From Aplysia californica (lineage: Eukaryota): 64,000 nt of DNA. The translations under genes and the position numbers were made by a program. The notes beneath the pieces were generated by a model. The model was not told the DNA's origin. It ran no database searches and saw only the letters and a list, made by a program, of their open reading frames with translations. Below, piece after piece: positions 23,601-36,810 of the stretch (within the stretch, counting starts at the first letter, position 1; each line of letters opens with the position of its first letter). The stretch is from positions 394,992 to 458,991 of the forward strand of contig NW_004797862.1 in assembly GCF_000002075.1 (NCBI RefSeq), in the 5' to 3' direction.

Positions 23601-26600
23601 ATGCTATGTCGTTCATGTTCCAAAAGTTCGAAAGATTTAGACGAGGCCTTTTTTTTATATTGATTTTTTTTCATTCATGCTAGTCCAAACAAAATTACAA
23701 TTTAGCATTGCCGACTCCAGCGCGTCTAACGAAATAACCAGACAAGTTACAACGTCTGTTCTTTTTTGAGTCTCAAGAGCAGAAATGCATGCTTTGGGTG
23801 CACTAAATAAATGAGAATTACCATAAATACAAGAATATACCTTAAATTGTATGTTGAAAAGTACCAAAAATTAAGTCGGCCCAGACAGAGCGGCGACGGG
23901 GAGGTGACCCCGACGTGATAAGGCCCCCACGGCAACTAAAATTCCCCTGCCGGTGCGTCGTGTTGAAGGAATCTGCCCTTTTTCACAGTGTGTCCTTGGT
24001 AGAGTTCAGTGTATTTTCCTGGAATTTTCCCTGTATTTCTTCGGTATCAAAGAAATGAAAATGTCTCTCATTTATTTTGAAACCCACCTACTTTTGATTG
24101 AGGAAATATTACTTGCGCTGGTTTGCTATCGCAAACTCTCGGATTCAACTTAATTAAAGGCCAGGCTCGACGACTTCGTTAAATCCAAGTTCCACTATAT
24201 TAATTTATATAGTAAAAATGATTAGTAGTTACAAGTTTTATTATAACATGTCTTCTTTCCTCTGCTGTTATTCGTGGACTCGTAAGTGCACATATTTTAT
24301 ATATATATAGACTTCACAATTTTACCTTTCAATACTTTGATTAAACTACAGTGGAATCCTGTTATAACGAGAGGGAGGGGACTGGTGTGAAGTGTACGTT
24401 ATAGCAGGGTTCTCGTTATAAGGGATCCAGTAATAAATTCAAGGGAAATATAGTGAAGTAGGCCTAATCTATGAGTCTTTTGTTCTGTTTATTTCTTTTT
24501 GTTATCTCCCTTGATTTTGATTTGGTTCAACATGATCTCTGCCTCTAATTCTTATTTCATCAAAAATCAAATCAGGTTTCTTTCTCAAGCACTAGCGATG
24601 TTGACTAGCCCGCTGTGTTGTCCCCCACCCTACCACACCCTGTGGTGCGTTCCGTCTTCTTGGGCGTGAGAGGCGTAGTAGGCTTAGATAATCTAGACTA
24701 GGCTGCCCTATCTTGTGATGCGTTTTGCTTGTCTGCGCATGCCACACCCTCCCCACTCTTTCTCTCCAGCCTTCATTGTTGGCACACGTGGGCTCTTCCA
24801 TTCTTTGTTTAGCTGGATCACCAACAACTTTCTCTACTGTCAAAGTTTTACATGTGAATAAATGGCCTATATGGGCTGTGCTCAGCAGTAGCAATATTCC
24901 GCTATAACCGTCTCACATGTTTGTCTGATTGCGCTATAGCAGTATTTTATTTACAAAGATAAAGAAGGGGAAAAAACAGGGTTTTAGAATAGTGTCTTTA
25001 TAACAGGCTTCTCGTTATTTCAGGACTCGTTATAAATTGATTCCACTGTACTTCTAATGACTGTTTACTTAGTAGAAGACTAATTTTTTTTTTCAAACAT
25101 TCTTTTGTTCCCCGTTTTATGTAGAAACATTTTAAAAACAGGTCGTGGTGTAGTGTAAAAATAAAGGTTAATTAAATTTGCCCTGTGTATTGAAAGATGT
25201 ACAGACATGAATTCTATGGTTTAATCACAACAAATAGATTTGCCACCATATTTGCTCATGATAGAGATCATGTTCCCTGGAGTATTTCTCAGAGTGGGAC
25301 ATGACTTAATATATTCATGTAACGTCATGCAAACCAAAAGTACGGTATATAAAATCTTCATTCAAGAGAGCTCAGGTCAGGATTGAATAATAGAAAGGAA
25401 GCAACCATGGTTTGTAATATAGTGGACTCCACTCGTGTTGAACTCGCTTGAGTTGATCTTCGGTTAAGTTGATCTTTTTCTCGGGTCCCAGCACCTCTTC
25501 TTCTTTTTATACTTCGGATGAATTTATCTCTTTTTTTTCACTCCCCCCCCATGACTTCAACTCATCCATAGTCAACTCTATGTACATTGCCAATATAGCT
25601 CTCCTTTGAAATTAATTTTTTTAAATCAAAGGAGCTAGTACTTCTGCAGTTGTGAAGAAAGATGTCCAACATAGCAACTGTTGCGATGAATAAAGTCACA
25701 GAGATCTTCTTATTTGGGGCTATTATAATCATTATTTATGCTCTCTGATGATTGTGGGGGTTTTTTGTTTGACTGGTAACTGAATTTTATTTTTTATACT
25801 CACAGGAGCTGATGGACAAAGTGGGAGCTCATCCTAAGATGATTGGAAGGGTGCAGACTCTTGAGCAAAAGGTCTTAGCATCTCTCTTTCTCCTTGGCAA
25901 TAAGACCAGCTACATCGTAGCCTCGGACAAATATCATATGTCTAAGGGATCGCTGTATCTGACTCTTAAGAATTTTTGCCAGGTGAGCTCTACTCGCAGA
26001 TAAAATTATGTTCCATTCTTCCTTGAGGCACCCCATGTTAATCTGAGCAATCTACAAAACAAATGGTATAATTAATTGCGTACATGTTGCTGCTTTTAAT
26101 TGTTTTCCTCATCACGAATTTGCAGAGTGCTTACTTTAACTTTAACACTTTGCCCCTGCGGGACGCGCGATCGGCGACGGTAAGAAGCCGTACCTTTTCC
26201 CCACGGGATGCTGATCAGCGACGGTGTGATGTATATATATATAGCATGTACCGCATCTGTTTCCTGGTCTATGGAGATAAGTGTTGCGCGCTCTGCTGCG
26301 TGGGTGGATAGTGTTAATGAATCACAAGAAAGATGATTAATTGAATATTTTTTAAAAGAACAATTCTTTTTTTTTGTATTATGAACCATCATACTGNNNN
26401 NNNNNNNNNNNNNNNNNNNNNNNNNNNNNNNNNNNNNNNNNNNNNNNNNNNNNNNNNNNNNNNNNNNNNNNNNNNNNNNNNNNNNNNNNNNNNNNNNNNN
26501 NNNNNNNNNNNNNNNNNNNNNNNNNNNNNNNNNNTACAGTTTGAAGGACTTAGGTTGTGGGAGTCTTTATTTAGCTTTTGTTAGATATTATTTGTTTTAT

Positions 26601-28726
26601 GATGTGCAGTTAATACAGTATTTCACTGATAGGGCGCACACAGAAGACTCGAAATCATGCATCTGTCGAACTGTGCCTTTGGTCCCCTTTTTTTTTCCTG
26701 CTTATTTTTCTTTGAAAGATTATATCCCTCGAACTACCGAGGCCGGTCCTGACAAATTAATTTGAGCTATCCATGTTATACTATTCTATGTAAGAACAGT
26801 CAAACACAGGTAACTCGAATTCGTCGGGGTTTGGAAATAGTGGTCGAGATTTCCGTAATTTGTCATGTCCATGAAAGCCCCAAATACAAAGGAAATAGAG
26901 AGAAAATCAAGGGAGGTAACGAAAAGAACATGAAAACAATCAATGTGGTTAACTCCCCTGATGATCGTGTTGATGGTGTGAAAGCAAGAAGATGCGAGAA
27001 AGTTTTGAAAGTGGAGAGCAGTAAATTTCACCTGTGCCCAGCCGACACCTATTTCGTTCCTTTCCTCTCATTTCAATGTCTTACAAAAAGTTACACCTCT
27101 TGCCATCTCTGCAACGCGCGCGTCCCACAGCATGATTGCACGCATGGCGAGCCAGTCATGCGGTGCGGTCAGCATCACTCCCCAACCCCCTTCCCTGCCC
27201 CCCCCCTTCTTCCAGCCTCTTGTGGTAAGACAAGGACCACGTTTTGGCTGTAACAATAATTAAATATAACAAAGAATCACCTATCCGCGGCCAGAGAGGC
27301 TTTAAAGCTGGGTCTTTTTTTGAGAATGCGAAGTGGATTTGTTTGAGTTCGAGCTTCGAGTGTTGCGTGTTCCGAGTGTACGGGAACTCCGTGAAATCAA
27401 TACAAAGAAAACATGGGGACTAAAACGGGACCAAACGTTATGTTCGACATACCCGAGAATTCGGGATTTTCATGTTCGGGATTCGTGTACTCTACTGTAG
27501 TATTAGTATGGATTATTAATATTAGAATAGCGCATCGATTTGAATAGGTGAAAGAGATTTTTATAATGTTATGATTTTGATTTAATCATTGAATCTGGCC
27601 AGTGCATTTGGATAATATCGTTTAATATATGCGCACATACACTGCATACATCTGTGTCTTCGTTCCTGTGTGTATTCTTGTTTGTGTGAGTTTTAGTAAG
27701 ATGAAGAGCAGAATCAGGGAGATGGGGGGGGAGGGGAGATTCTTAGTTTTATTTGCCACATAATAGAACTGTATGTAAAACATTGTGAATTTTTTTTTCA
27801 TGAAATTAACTGCAATGGAGGGTTCACTGCAATGCAGTTTTATTTCCTTACAATCTTGCAAAGATGTATTGAAAATAATACACAAGTACAGATGAAATTC
27901 TGTGTTGTCTGCTAGAGGTAATCATGTTGGCTGCTTGAAATTCATCTCTTGTAGTTTTGTCTTTCACTTTCAGGTTCTGACGGAGATGAGAAGTGACTAT
28001 ATCAAATGGCCAACTGATCAAATTGGACTTCGTAAAATTGCTCTTGAATTCGACCAAGAGACGGGGATGCCAGGTGTTGTAGGAGCCGTTGACGGAATAC
28101 ACTTTCCCATCAAGCAAAAATCTCGCCTAGGCCATGCATACAGAAACAGCCAGGGCTATCTCAGTATCCATATGCAGGCGGTATGTGATGCAAACTTTAT
28201 GTTCCTCGACGTCCACTGCGGCAATCCAGGGTCTGTGGATGACGAGACTGTGTACAGGTCGTGTGACCTGCGAGCCAAACTTTTGCACGACCCTCTCCCG
28301 GCCGATCTCCACCTTGTGGGGGATGCGGGATACCCACTGGAGCCGTTCATGCTCACTCCGTTCCCAGGTGATGTCCGTCGCCTCACTCGACAGCAGAAGG
28401 AATTCAACGACCGGCACACGAACGCTGTGCTGGCCGTGAAAATTTCCCTACAGCTCCTCCAAGGTCGTTTTCAGCGCCTCAAGTTCCTGGACATGGAGCG
28501 GGAGTCTGACATTCCGGTGACCATTGTGGCCTGCTGCGTTCTTCACTGCTTCCTGTTGCAGGAGGAGAACGATGAGGAAGAAGAGGAGTTTCTAGATTTG
28601 TCCGAAATTGACCCGACTCCAGATATCAACAAATCAGAGAAGGAGTTGAGAGCCTTGTGCAATCATTATCAACCGGAGGCAGCTAGTAAAAGAGATGTTC
28701 TAGCTAACCTTATAACTCCTGTTTAG
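20111..28726 (+). CDS. PIF/Harbinger transposase-derived protein (HARBI1/ALP1-like, DDE_Tnp_4), 3 exons, ~498 aa, probably catalytically dead
   Basis: Exons 20111-20677, 25806-25982 and 27974-28726; GT-AG, phase 0, no stops. Motifs FKSHYRMSR, HTH-like EQKVLASLFLLG...SKGSL, GAVDGIHFPI, GSVDD, LVGDAGYPL and FNDRH...LLQGRF. Confidence 0.9.
21520..22303. mobile_element. pogo/Tigger-like MITE
   Basis: TA|CAGTCCA[C/T]GCCGGCTTT[G/A]AGCACG TIRs with a TA TSD. Confidence 0.8.
24349..25048. mobile_element. pogo/Tigger-like MITE
   Basis: TA|CAGTGGAATC...GATTCCACTG|TA; a second copy lies at ~31660-32439 between gaps. Confidence 0.8.
25806..25982 (+). CDS. Harbinger-derived gene exon 2 (HTH region)
   Basis: Acceptor tcacag, donor CAG|gtgagc, 59 codons. 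Confidence 0.88.
26797..27498. mobile_element. Degenerate pogo-like MITE
   Basis: CAGTCAAAC...ACTCGAA left end and TTCGGG repeats...CTACTG|TA right end. Confidence 0.5.
27974..28726 (+). CDS. Harbinger-derived gene exon 3 (DDE_Tnp_4 nuclease-fold domain)
   Basis: Acceptor tttcag; D and D retained, with E replaced by K at 28439-28441; stop TAG. Confidence 0.93.
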   Translation, partial: VLTEMRSDYIKWPTDQIGLRKIALEFDQETGMPGVVGAVDGIHFPIKQKSRLGHAYRNSQGYLSIHMQAVCDANFMFLDVHCGNPGSVDDETVYRSCDLRAKLLHDPLPADLHLVGDAGYPLEPFMLTPFPGDVRRLTRQQKEFNDRHTNAVLAVKISLQLLQGRFQRLKFLDMERESDIPVTIVACCVLHCFLLQEENDEEEEEFLDLSEIDPTPDINKSEKELRALCNHYQPEAASKRDVLANLITPV

Positions 28727-29196
28727 CAGAGATAGGGCTGAGAGCTATATATGATATACAAGTAATCAAACCCCCTTTCTTCAAACTTACTTGAAGTAGT
28801 CTATTAAACTAAAGTAAGCTGGCATCAGGTAGTAATTCTATATTGGATCGTTTGAACTCTGACCATCTGAACCCTAGAAAATGCCTCAAACTTTGGATTC
28901 TGCAGTCAAGACATGTTTTAAATCAAACTCTAAAAGAGAAAGACTCATTTGTAATATATAATATAAAAAAACAAAAGAGAAGGAAACTCTTATTAATTAT
29001 ACTAAAAATGAACGATAAATGCAGTTTTATAATGGGCAAACTCCTGCTCACTTTACCTGTTTTTCCAGTGTATCAAACTAACTTTCTTTCGAAGAGAGGC
29101 AGTGGCTACAGTGTGCTCACTAGAGCTGGCTTTTTTCTAGCTTTGTATAACCAGTTCCTGTACGTCATGTCAGCTAAAACATTAGTGTTTATAATA

Positions 29197-29375
29197 CTGT
29201 CCCCGTCGTTTTATGCAAGAAAAATTCAGAAATTATGCAAACTGAGCCAAAAAATGTGAAATTATGCGATTCTCTTAATTTTAACAAAGAATGATAAAGG
29301 AAAATAATCATCAATTATGCAAACAATGATCAAATTTTGCTAAATTATGCAGGGTGCATAAAACCATGGGGACAG
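29197..29375. mobile_element. CTGTCCCC-family MITE, copy 3
   Basis: Same sequence; flanks ATAATA/ATTATA. Confidence 0.75.
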
Positions 29376-30203
29376 ATTATATATTTTTGTAACCGACTGC
29401 ACACATCTCAAAGCTGTTTTCCTGTATCATCTTTTGGAGAATGCTATAGGAGATGTAGGTCCCATTGAGAAGGCTTTTCTGAGACAAGCACTGACCAGGG
29501 AGAGACAGGTCTGCTCTGTGATCATGCCCAATATATCTTTGGTTGTTGTTTTTTTCTGTTGGGGAGATTGTCGGAATTGATGATTAAATATGGATTAATG
29601 ATTAAATATGGATTAAAACATGTCTACGTTAAACATTTTTAACAAAACTGATGCAGAGCTATCGCAAGTGATGTCATTACTTCTTGAGGTGGTCGTTTGA
29701 ATTGTTGTGCCCGCCCTCCAATGTTGGCATTGCAGTTTTTGACGATAAGTTATTTTTATAAGTGAACATGCAGTCGTTTCCAGCGTCTTATGGCAGCTTT
29801 CTTTCCTGTCAACAGTACCTCTATACATGATACGATGTCTTAGTGGCACAGGTGATGTGAATCTCCCCTACTACTCATGTTTAGTCAAGTTAATCAAAAA
29901 AGGAAATGCTGCTGTAGAAATTGTAGATATAATGTGGACATGTTGTTTGTGCTTTATGGGTCAAGAGGTCAAGTGCAACAGTTCCCGCAATCCTGACTTC
30001 AGGAATAATAGTATTATAATCACAAACATATCTCTCTGTATGATTTTACGTCAGCATTCCCACCGATGTGAGAAAGTTAAATTGTTATCTCCGTCTTTCT
30101 GCTGGGGTTCTATTTCAGATTCGGCAGGGAAGAAGCTGCCCACCCCCCTTAAAATGATCTCAATGGTGTTAATGGAGCACGTGAAACATGTACAATAACA
30201 AAT

Positions 30204-30639
30204 GTGAGGCAGCCTGGTGAAATGAGGGGCTCGTCAAAATACAGAAATCGGAGAAACAGGCTTTTTTTCCCCCCAGTTTGGAAATGTTGATCGAATTTTT
30301 ATTTTTTGGCTCCACCTCTTTAATGTCCATATAAAAACACGTTTCTGTGTGAATTTTACTTACTCTAAATCTAAAACATTGATTAAATGCACAAAATTTG
30401 TCATTTTTCTTTTTTCAGCTATTGGAGTTACTAAACTTTGGTGGCCATTTTCTCACTGATTTCACGACTGAAACCCGCTAAACTCACTTCCTTCAATCGT
30501 GAATATCTTGAGTTCTATTCAAAATAGATGGCTATTTATCTCTTTGAAAGCAAGGCAAATAAATTGGCTTTCAGATGAAACCAATAACTCCTCATGCCCA
30601 AAAAATTGATGAGCGCCTGTTTCCACCGCGTCGTGACAC
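30204..30639. mobile_element. Diverged member of the same AWWT-target MITE family
   Basis: AAAT|GTGAGGCAG...GACAC|AAAT. Confidence 0.6.
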
Positions 30640-30929
30640 AAATAATTATACTCAGTCTCTTTAACTAAGCCGTCAGCATGTGTGCCTTCCTGTGATATTA
30701 AGGTTTGGATTTCATATTAAATTGTTTTGATTTTATGGTGCTATTGTGATTGGCAGCAATGTAGCCTACATGATAATCACAATGTTGTTTTGAAAGAATT
30801 TTTTCATCCTGTTTATCGAGTTCCCAAAGTCAAAGCATTATGTTTATTACTATGAGGTTCATTGTTACTTCCATGTTTTGTTGCATTTCAGTTGGAAGCA
30901 GCATTGTTTTACTAGACTTGTGTGCGTGT

Positions 30930-30960
<31 letters not shown>

Positions 30961-31659
30961 GGGGGACATGTTTGTTGTAGCTGAACTAGAAAAGAAATAA
31001 CATTTATTTACAAGCATGTGTCAGGAAGGTCTTTCTTATATGATGCTAAACAATACTGTAGATGTGAGGACAAAATATTATATATAAAATATATCTATAT
31101 ATAATGTGTGAAGTTTGTTCACCTCTCCAGGATTTCAGCGGGAAAGTGTAAAAAGAAGAAACAGAAAATGTGGCCATTTGATTGGTTAAAATGAGCAGCC
31201 AAACTGTTTAAGCAGTTGATCAGACAGAGAATTCACCCATAGTCATGCTGCATGTATGAGTGAGTGCCTTCTTTTGTCTCTGTTCTTGAATGTTTTGTAA
31301 TTGTAAGAAAAATATAATGATAATGGAATTTTGGTTGGAACAGGGATCAGTGTTGCACACAGTGTGGTCAGTAAGAATCTTTGTGTGGATGCCAAGCATA
31401 TTTTACAAAGTGTTTAGTGGTCATAACTTGACCTTTACTACTATGTTGATAAAATCTAAAAACAGTTTTAACAATTCTTAAAAACTCTCCTTCTGGGTTT
31501 TCTATTGATCACCTCTTGCTGGCTGGTNNNNNNNNNNNNNNNNNNNNNNNNNNNNNNNNNNNNNNNNNNNNNNNNNNNNNNNNNNNNNNNNNNNNNNNNN
31601 NNNNNNNNNNNNNNNNNNNNNNNNNNNNNNNNNNNNNNNNNNNNNNNNNNNNNNNNNNN

Positions 31660-32439
31660 TAACGAGAGGGAGGGGACCGGTACTAAATGTCCGGTATAGC
31701 AGGATTCTCGTAATAAAATCAAAGGAAATGATAAAGTAGGCCTAATCTATGCATTTGGTGTTCTGTTTATTTCTTTTTTGTTATCCCCTCTACCTCTGAC
31801 TATGGCTTTGTTCAACATGACCTCTAGGTCTTACTTGATCAAAAATTGAATCAGGTTTCTTTCTCTAGCATTAGCGATGTTGACAGCTTGGCGTTGGCTA
31901 TCAGAACGAAAGTTCTCTAGGCTAACTCGCCCGCTATGTTTTCCCCCCACCCCACCACACAATGTGGTGCATTCCTGCGTCTGTTTGCGCTCGTTATACA
32001 TTCACTCCATGATCCGTCTCAGCACCTTGACTTTGACCTCTCCATCCCCGCTTCAGAAGTGAGAGGCATGATAGGCCTAGATAATCTAGACTAGGGAGGC
32101 CTTCACTATCGGGCAATGCGTTCTGCTTCACAACGGCTTGTCTGCGCGTGCCACACCCTCGCCACTCATTCTCTCCGGCCTTCGTCGTTGGCATACGTGG
32201 GCTCTCCCATTCTTTGTTTCGCTTGATCACCAACAAGTTTCTCAACTGGTGAGGTTTTCATTATAAAAAAAAAGGCCTATGCGCTGTGTACAGCAGCAGC
32301 AATATTCCGCTATAACCGACTCGCGCGTTTATCTGATTGCGCTACAGCAGTATTTTATTTACAAAGATAAAGAAGGGAAAAAAACGGGGTTTTAGAATAA
32401 TGTCTTTATAACAGACTTTTCGTTATTTCAGGACTCGTT
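31660..32439. mobile_element. Second copy of the 24349-25048 MITE, with both ends in gaps
   Basis: Colinear similarity along its length. Confidence 0.75.
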
Positions 32440-34277
32440 NNNNNNNNNNNNNNNNNNNNNNNNNNNNNNNNNNNNNNNNNNNNNNNNNNNNNNNNNNNNN
32501 NNNNNNNNNNNNNNNNNNNNNNNNNNNNNNNNNNNNNNNNNNNNNNNNNNNNNNNNNNNNNNNNNNNNNNNNNNNNNNNNNNNNNNNNNNNNNNNNNNNN
32601 NNNNNNNNNNNNNNNNNNNNNCAGGGACCCCCCAGATGTTTCCAAGCATTATCATAGTATTCATAGAGTGAAATATCTATTTCAAACAATATCATGGGGA
32701 TCTCTTTTTTCCCGTCAATTTAGCATTATATCATATTATATGTGAACCAGATTGCTTTGTTGAGACCAGCTGCTATGATTTCTTCTTAGCGTAAATATTT
32801 ATTTGTTCTATGGCCATGTAGTGCTGTACAAAAGCAAGGCAAGAACGGCAGAGGGAGAGAATACCCCCCCCCCCTCCCCCGGGGCAGTGCCACTGATTGA
32901 AGTGTCTTTAGGCCATTCCCAAAGGGGGGGACATTTCTCGTTCAAGCACAATAGAATTGTAAATGGGCTGACTCATGTCACGCTCATAACTACTGTACCT
33001 GATCTACAACAGGGAACTGCTGCTTTTTCTTTCCTAATCCTTACTATTGTCATTTCCTCTACTTCTTTTGTATGTTTGTCACTCTCTTGTGACCTGCTAT
33101 TTCCAGGGTGCCTTGATAGTCGAAGCAGACCTTGTGCTGTTGAAGCTAGAGAGGTGAGCTGTCTAAAAAGTAGCATGTGTGTGAAAGAGATAAAATGTCA
33201 CATCTTGTTGTTTAACTTATTTTAATGAGGAAGATGTAGCAACATTTTACACTTGTGTTCATTTAATTAATAAAGTATTTTGACAACGTACTTGTTTCAG
33301 TTTTTGTTAAAATTTATAGCTTTACTACTTTACTGGATCATGACTCTTATTTCAAAGGCAGATTGTCCACTGTCAAGGTACCGTACAGAGGAGAGAGACG
33401 AGAACTAAACCAGACCCCCCACCGCTGCCTCTCCTTTATAAATGTTTCCAATTCACCATCACAGTCCTTCAAGTCTCAGTCTCAGGGATTTTTATGTTTT
33501 AGTAGAGGTTTTACGGCGCTCGCAACTGCCTAAGGTCATGAGCGCCAAGGAGTGGATGTCAACAAAGAAGTCCTTACAGGGAATCAGACTTATTCTGCTC
33601 ACCTCTCTACTTTCAACAGCACAACGTCTGCTTCGACTATCAAGGCACCCCGGAAATAGCAGGTCACAAGAGTGTGAAAAACATACAAAAGAGAGGAAAA
33701 TGATAATAGTAAGGATTAGGAAAGAAAAAGCAGCAGTTCCCTGTTGTAGATCAGGCACAGTTATGAGCGTGACATGAGTCAGCCCATTTACAACTTTACC
33801 GTGCATGAACGAGAAATGTTCCACCTTTGGGAATGGCCTAAAGACACTTCAGTCACTGAGTCTCATGGATTTGCACCGTAGGAGCTTGTTAAAATCACTA
33901 TCACTCCCATACGTCTGTTTTGTTTTGTTTGTCTAGCATCTGCGTCTGTTGCCTTTTTTGTGTTCAAAAGTTGCCACAAAAAATGACAAAAGTTGCCTTT
34001 AATTTTCAAGATTTCAACTTTCTGTGACGACTTATGGCACTATGTTGATAGAGGTAGCTTAATCTAAAGCACCAGAATCTCTTTTGCTCTGTTTTAAGCA
34101 TCCAGAATATCATTTGTAGCCACACACAGTGTAAAAACCTGAAAAAAAAGGTTTCACAACAAAATGAAATCGAAATTAGAACAGCACATGCACATATATA
34201 CAATTACAACCACAAAAATTAACAAATAAAGGAGTGTGTCAACCTATCCGAAGACAGACCGTTTTAACCCTAAACGT

Positions 34278-34457
34278 TGGTGGTTGGCGGGTGCTCTGGT
34301 GTGGTTTGCTTCTTCTTTCCTATCAAACATCTATCGTCTTTATCTCCCCTCCTTCTTTTTGGTGTTTGTTATTCTCTTGTAACACTTCTAATCTTCTGCA
34401 CTTATATGACCTTATTACGCTTTGCAAGTGCCGTAAAACACTTACTAAAACTAAAAC
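34278..34457 (+). mobile_element. Short retroposon family C (~180 bp); other copies at 2002-2182, 4098-4263, 12120-12296, 13530-13676 and 14626-14710 (all minus)
   Basis: 13-bp TSD TAACCCTAAACGT; common 5' end G(T)GGTGGTTGGCGGGTGCTCTGG; same tail as families A and B. Confidence 0.8.
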
Positions 34458-35257
34458 TAACCCTAAACGTGAGTAATTCAAGAAAAAGTACTGGATATTA
34501 CATGTAAATTATGGAATCGCACACAAGGGGCCTGCCAGTGTTAGTATTCCATTTTGGTGGAGACATGATATAGATTCTACTAACACATTTTTTTTTTTAA
34601 AGTAGGAACAGCATCATATAAAATGACATTACGCTATATAAACACTACACAAAAAATAGAAAAACAACACATCAGAACGCTAAAAAAAAAAAAAATAATG
34701 ACACACCAACAAAGAGGGAAAAATAAAAGACAAACCGCTATAGATAGAAATAGTACGTAATGTACAATTTTTATTCTTTGCTTGAAAATAGCCACACACA
34801 GACACCTTAAAATTATCAATACATGTCTAATATGTTGTGAAGTATCTTTTTCTTGGTGAAAAGTACAAAAATCGCGGGCTAAAAAATGGGAAAAATTGCA
34901 GCCGCGGCAACAAACGCTGATGTTGGGCTAGCATCTACATTTGTTGCCATTTTTGGTTCAAAAGTTGCCACAAAAATGGCAAAAGTTGCCATAATTATTT
35001 TCAAGCTTTCAACTCTCTGTGACGACGTACATAGCACTACCTTGATATAGGCAGCTTAATCTAAGGCACCAAAATTTCTTGTGCTCTGTTTTAAGCATCC
35101 AGGATATCATTTGTAGCCTCGCAGAATGTAAAAAAGTGAAAAATAAAGGTTTCACTACAAAATGAAATTTAAAAAATAGAACAGAACACAGACAACCACT
35201 AAATATTAACAAATAGGGGCGTGTGTCCACCAATGCGAAGATTGGACGTTTCCCCCC

Positions 35258-35298
<41 letters not shown>

Positions 35299-35585
35299 GG
35301 CCAGATCTGCAACAGATATTGACGATCATGGTTCTCCATTCATTCCTTTGCTCCGATGCTCTCAAAAAAGCTATGTTCCCTGATCTTTCCCTGTTACCCA
35401 TTCGTTTAGGTTCCCTAAGTATGTTGTTCTGGGCCTTCCCCTGCCTCGTTTGCCCTCACTTTTGCCAGTCTACATGGGTGGACCTAGACTTAGATTTACA
35501 CATGTTCAAAAACCTCATGTCTATTTATGAGTCCCAAAAACTGCATTTGTCGTTTCCTGATTATTTTTAACATTGAGCGTCCCAG
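35258..35585 (-). mobile_element. RTE LINE 3' end with a (TGA)n tail
   Basis: Similar to 50445-50710 and 58750-59040. Confidence 0.8.
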
Positions 35586-35938
35586 TTTTCCCCCTAAGCG
35601 TGTGTAAATTCAAGAAAAAGTGCAGGATATTACATGTACATGTAAATTATGGAATCGCACACAAGGGGCCTGCCAGTGTCAGTATTCGGTTTTGGTGCAG
35701 ACACGCTCTGATATAAAACTAAATAAACTCATGTATTATATATAATAAAAAGGTAGGAACAACATCTAATTAATTGACATTACGCTATATAAACACCAAA
35801 AATTAACAAATTAACACACCAACAAATTTAAAATAAAAAAAGAGGGTAAAATAAAAGAGAAACAGCTATATATATGTATAGAGTGTATAGAGTGTAATAT
35901 ATTCTTCACATGAAAAGAACAAATCAATGTGGTGTCAA

Positions 35939-35970
35939 CATAGATGTATCTAAAAGGAAATAACTCTATG
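35939..35970. mobile_element. 32-bp CATAGA...TCTATG scar with an 8-bp TSD
   Basis: Flanks GGTGTCAA/GCTGTCAA. Confidence 0.45.
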
Positions 35971-36611
35971 GCTGTCAACCAAGGAGCTTAAAACAACTTC
36001 ATCTCCTTGGTGTCAACAAGTGAGAAAGAGACGATGTGAAGCGGAAGTGAAAATAAACTTTCTTTCTAAAAAGGAAAGAGGTTGGTTCAGTTCTTTTTTT
36101 TTTTTAACCCCCGCTTTTTATTCCGCGGGGGGGGGGGGGTGTTGATTTTTTTTTTTTAACACGCCCGGGGGGGGGGGGGGGGTTTTTTTGGGGGTCCTTT
36201 TCGCCTCTTGGGGGGGGGGGGGGGGTTTTTTTTTGGGGGGGGGGGGGGTTGTTGGAAAAAAGCAAAGATCGCGGTCGCAATTCACGGATCAAAAAATGAC
36301 AAAAAATCGCGGCCGCAACAAACACAGATCAATAATTCTTTTTTTTCCTCTGTAAACGCTTTTTTAAAAAAGAAATATTTGACTTTATTCTGTGAGCTAC
36401 ATTTCATTTGCAAGGTAACACATGAAGACATCCTTGAAGCATTATGCAAATTTTCATGAGTTATGGTATTCAATAATAATAATCATCATCATTATCATCA
36501 AAATAATAATACTGTGTAACAATAATACTGTAACAATAATAACAATAATAATAATACATTTGTAAATAATAATAATAAGGCATGTAATAGGCCTAATAAT
36601 AATATAATATA

Positions 36612-36728
36612 ACATTTATATAGCGCATTTCCAAAAAAAGTAGCTCAATGCGCTTTACATTGGAATACCCATTTATCAAAAACCTTTCTTTCTACTTCCT
36701 TTCTTCTCATGCAATATATATTAATGCA

Positions 36729-36810
<82 letters not shown>

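Larger units (their letters stand above)
33932..35870 (+). repeat. Diverged tandem duplication of a ~0.7-kb unit (33932-34760 and 34928-35870)
   Basis: Colinear blocks, e.g. CAAAAGTTGCCACAAAAA and ATGGAATCGCACACAAGGGGCCTGCCAGTG. Confidence 0.8.

Noticed and set aside
36100-36260. G-quadruplex-like poly-G/poly-T stretch
   Set aside because: Looks like low-quality homopolymer sequence.
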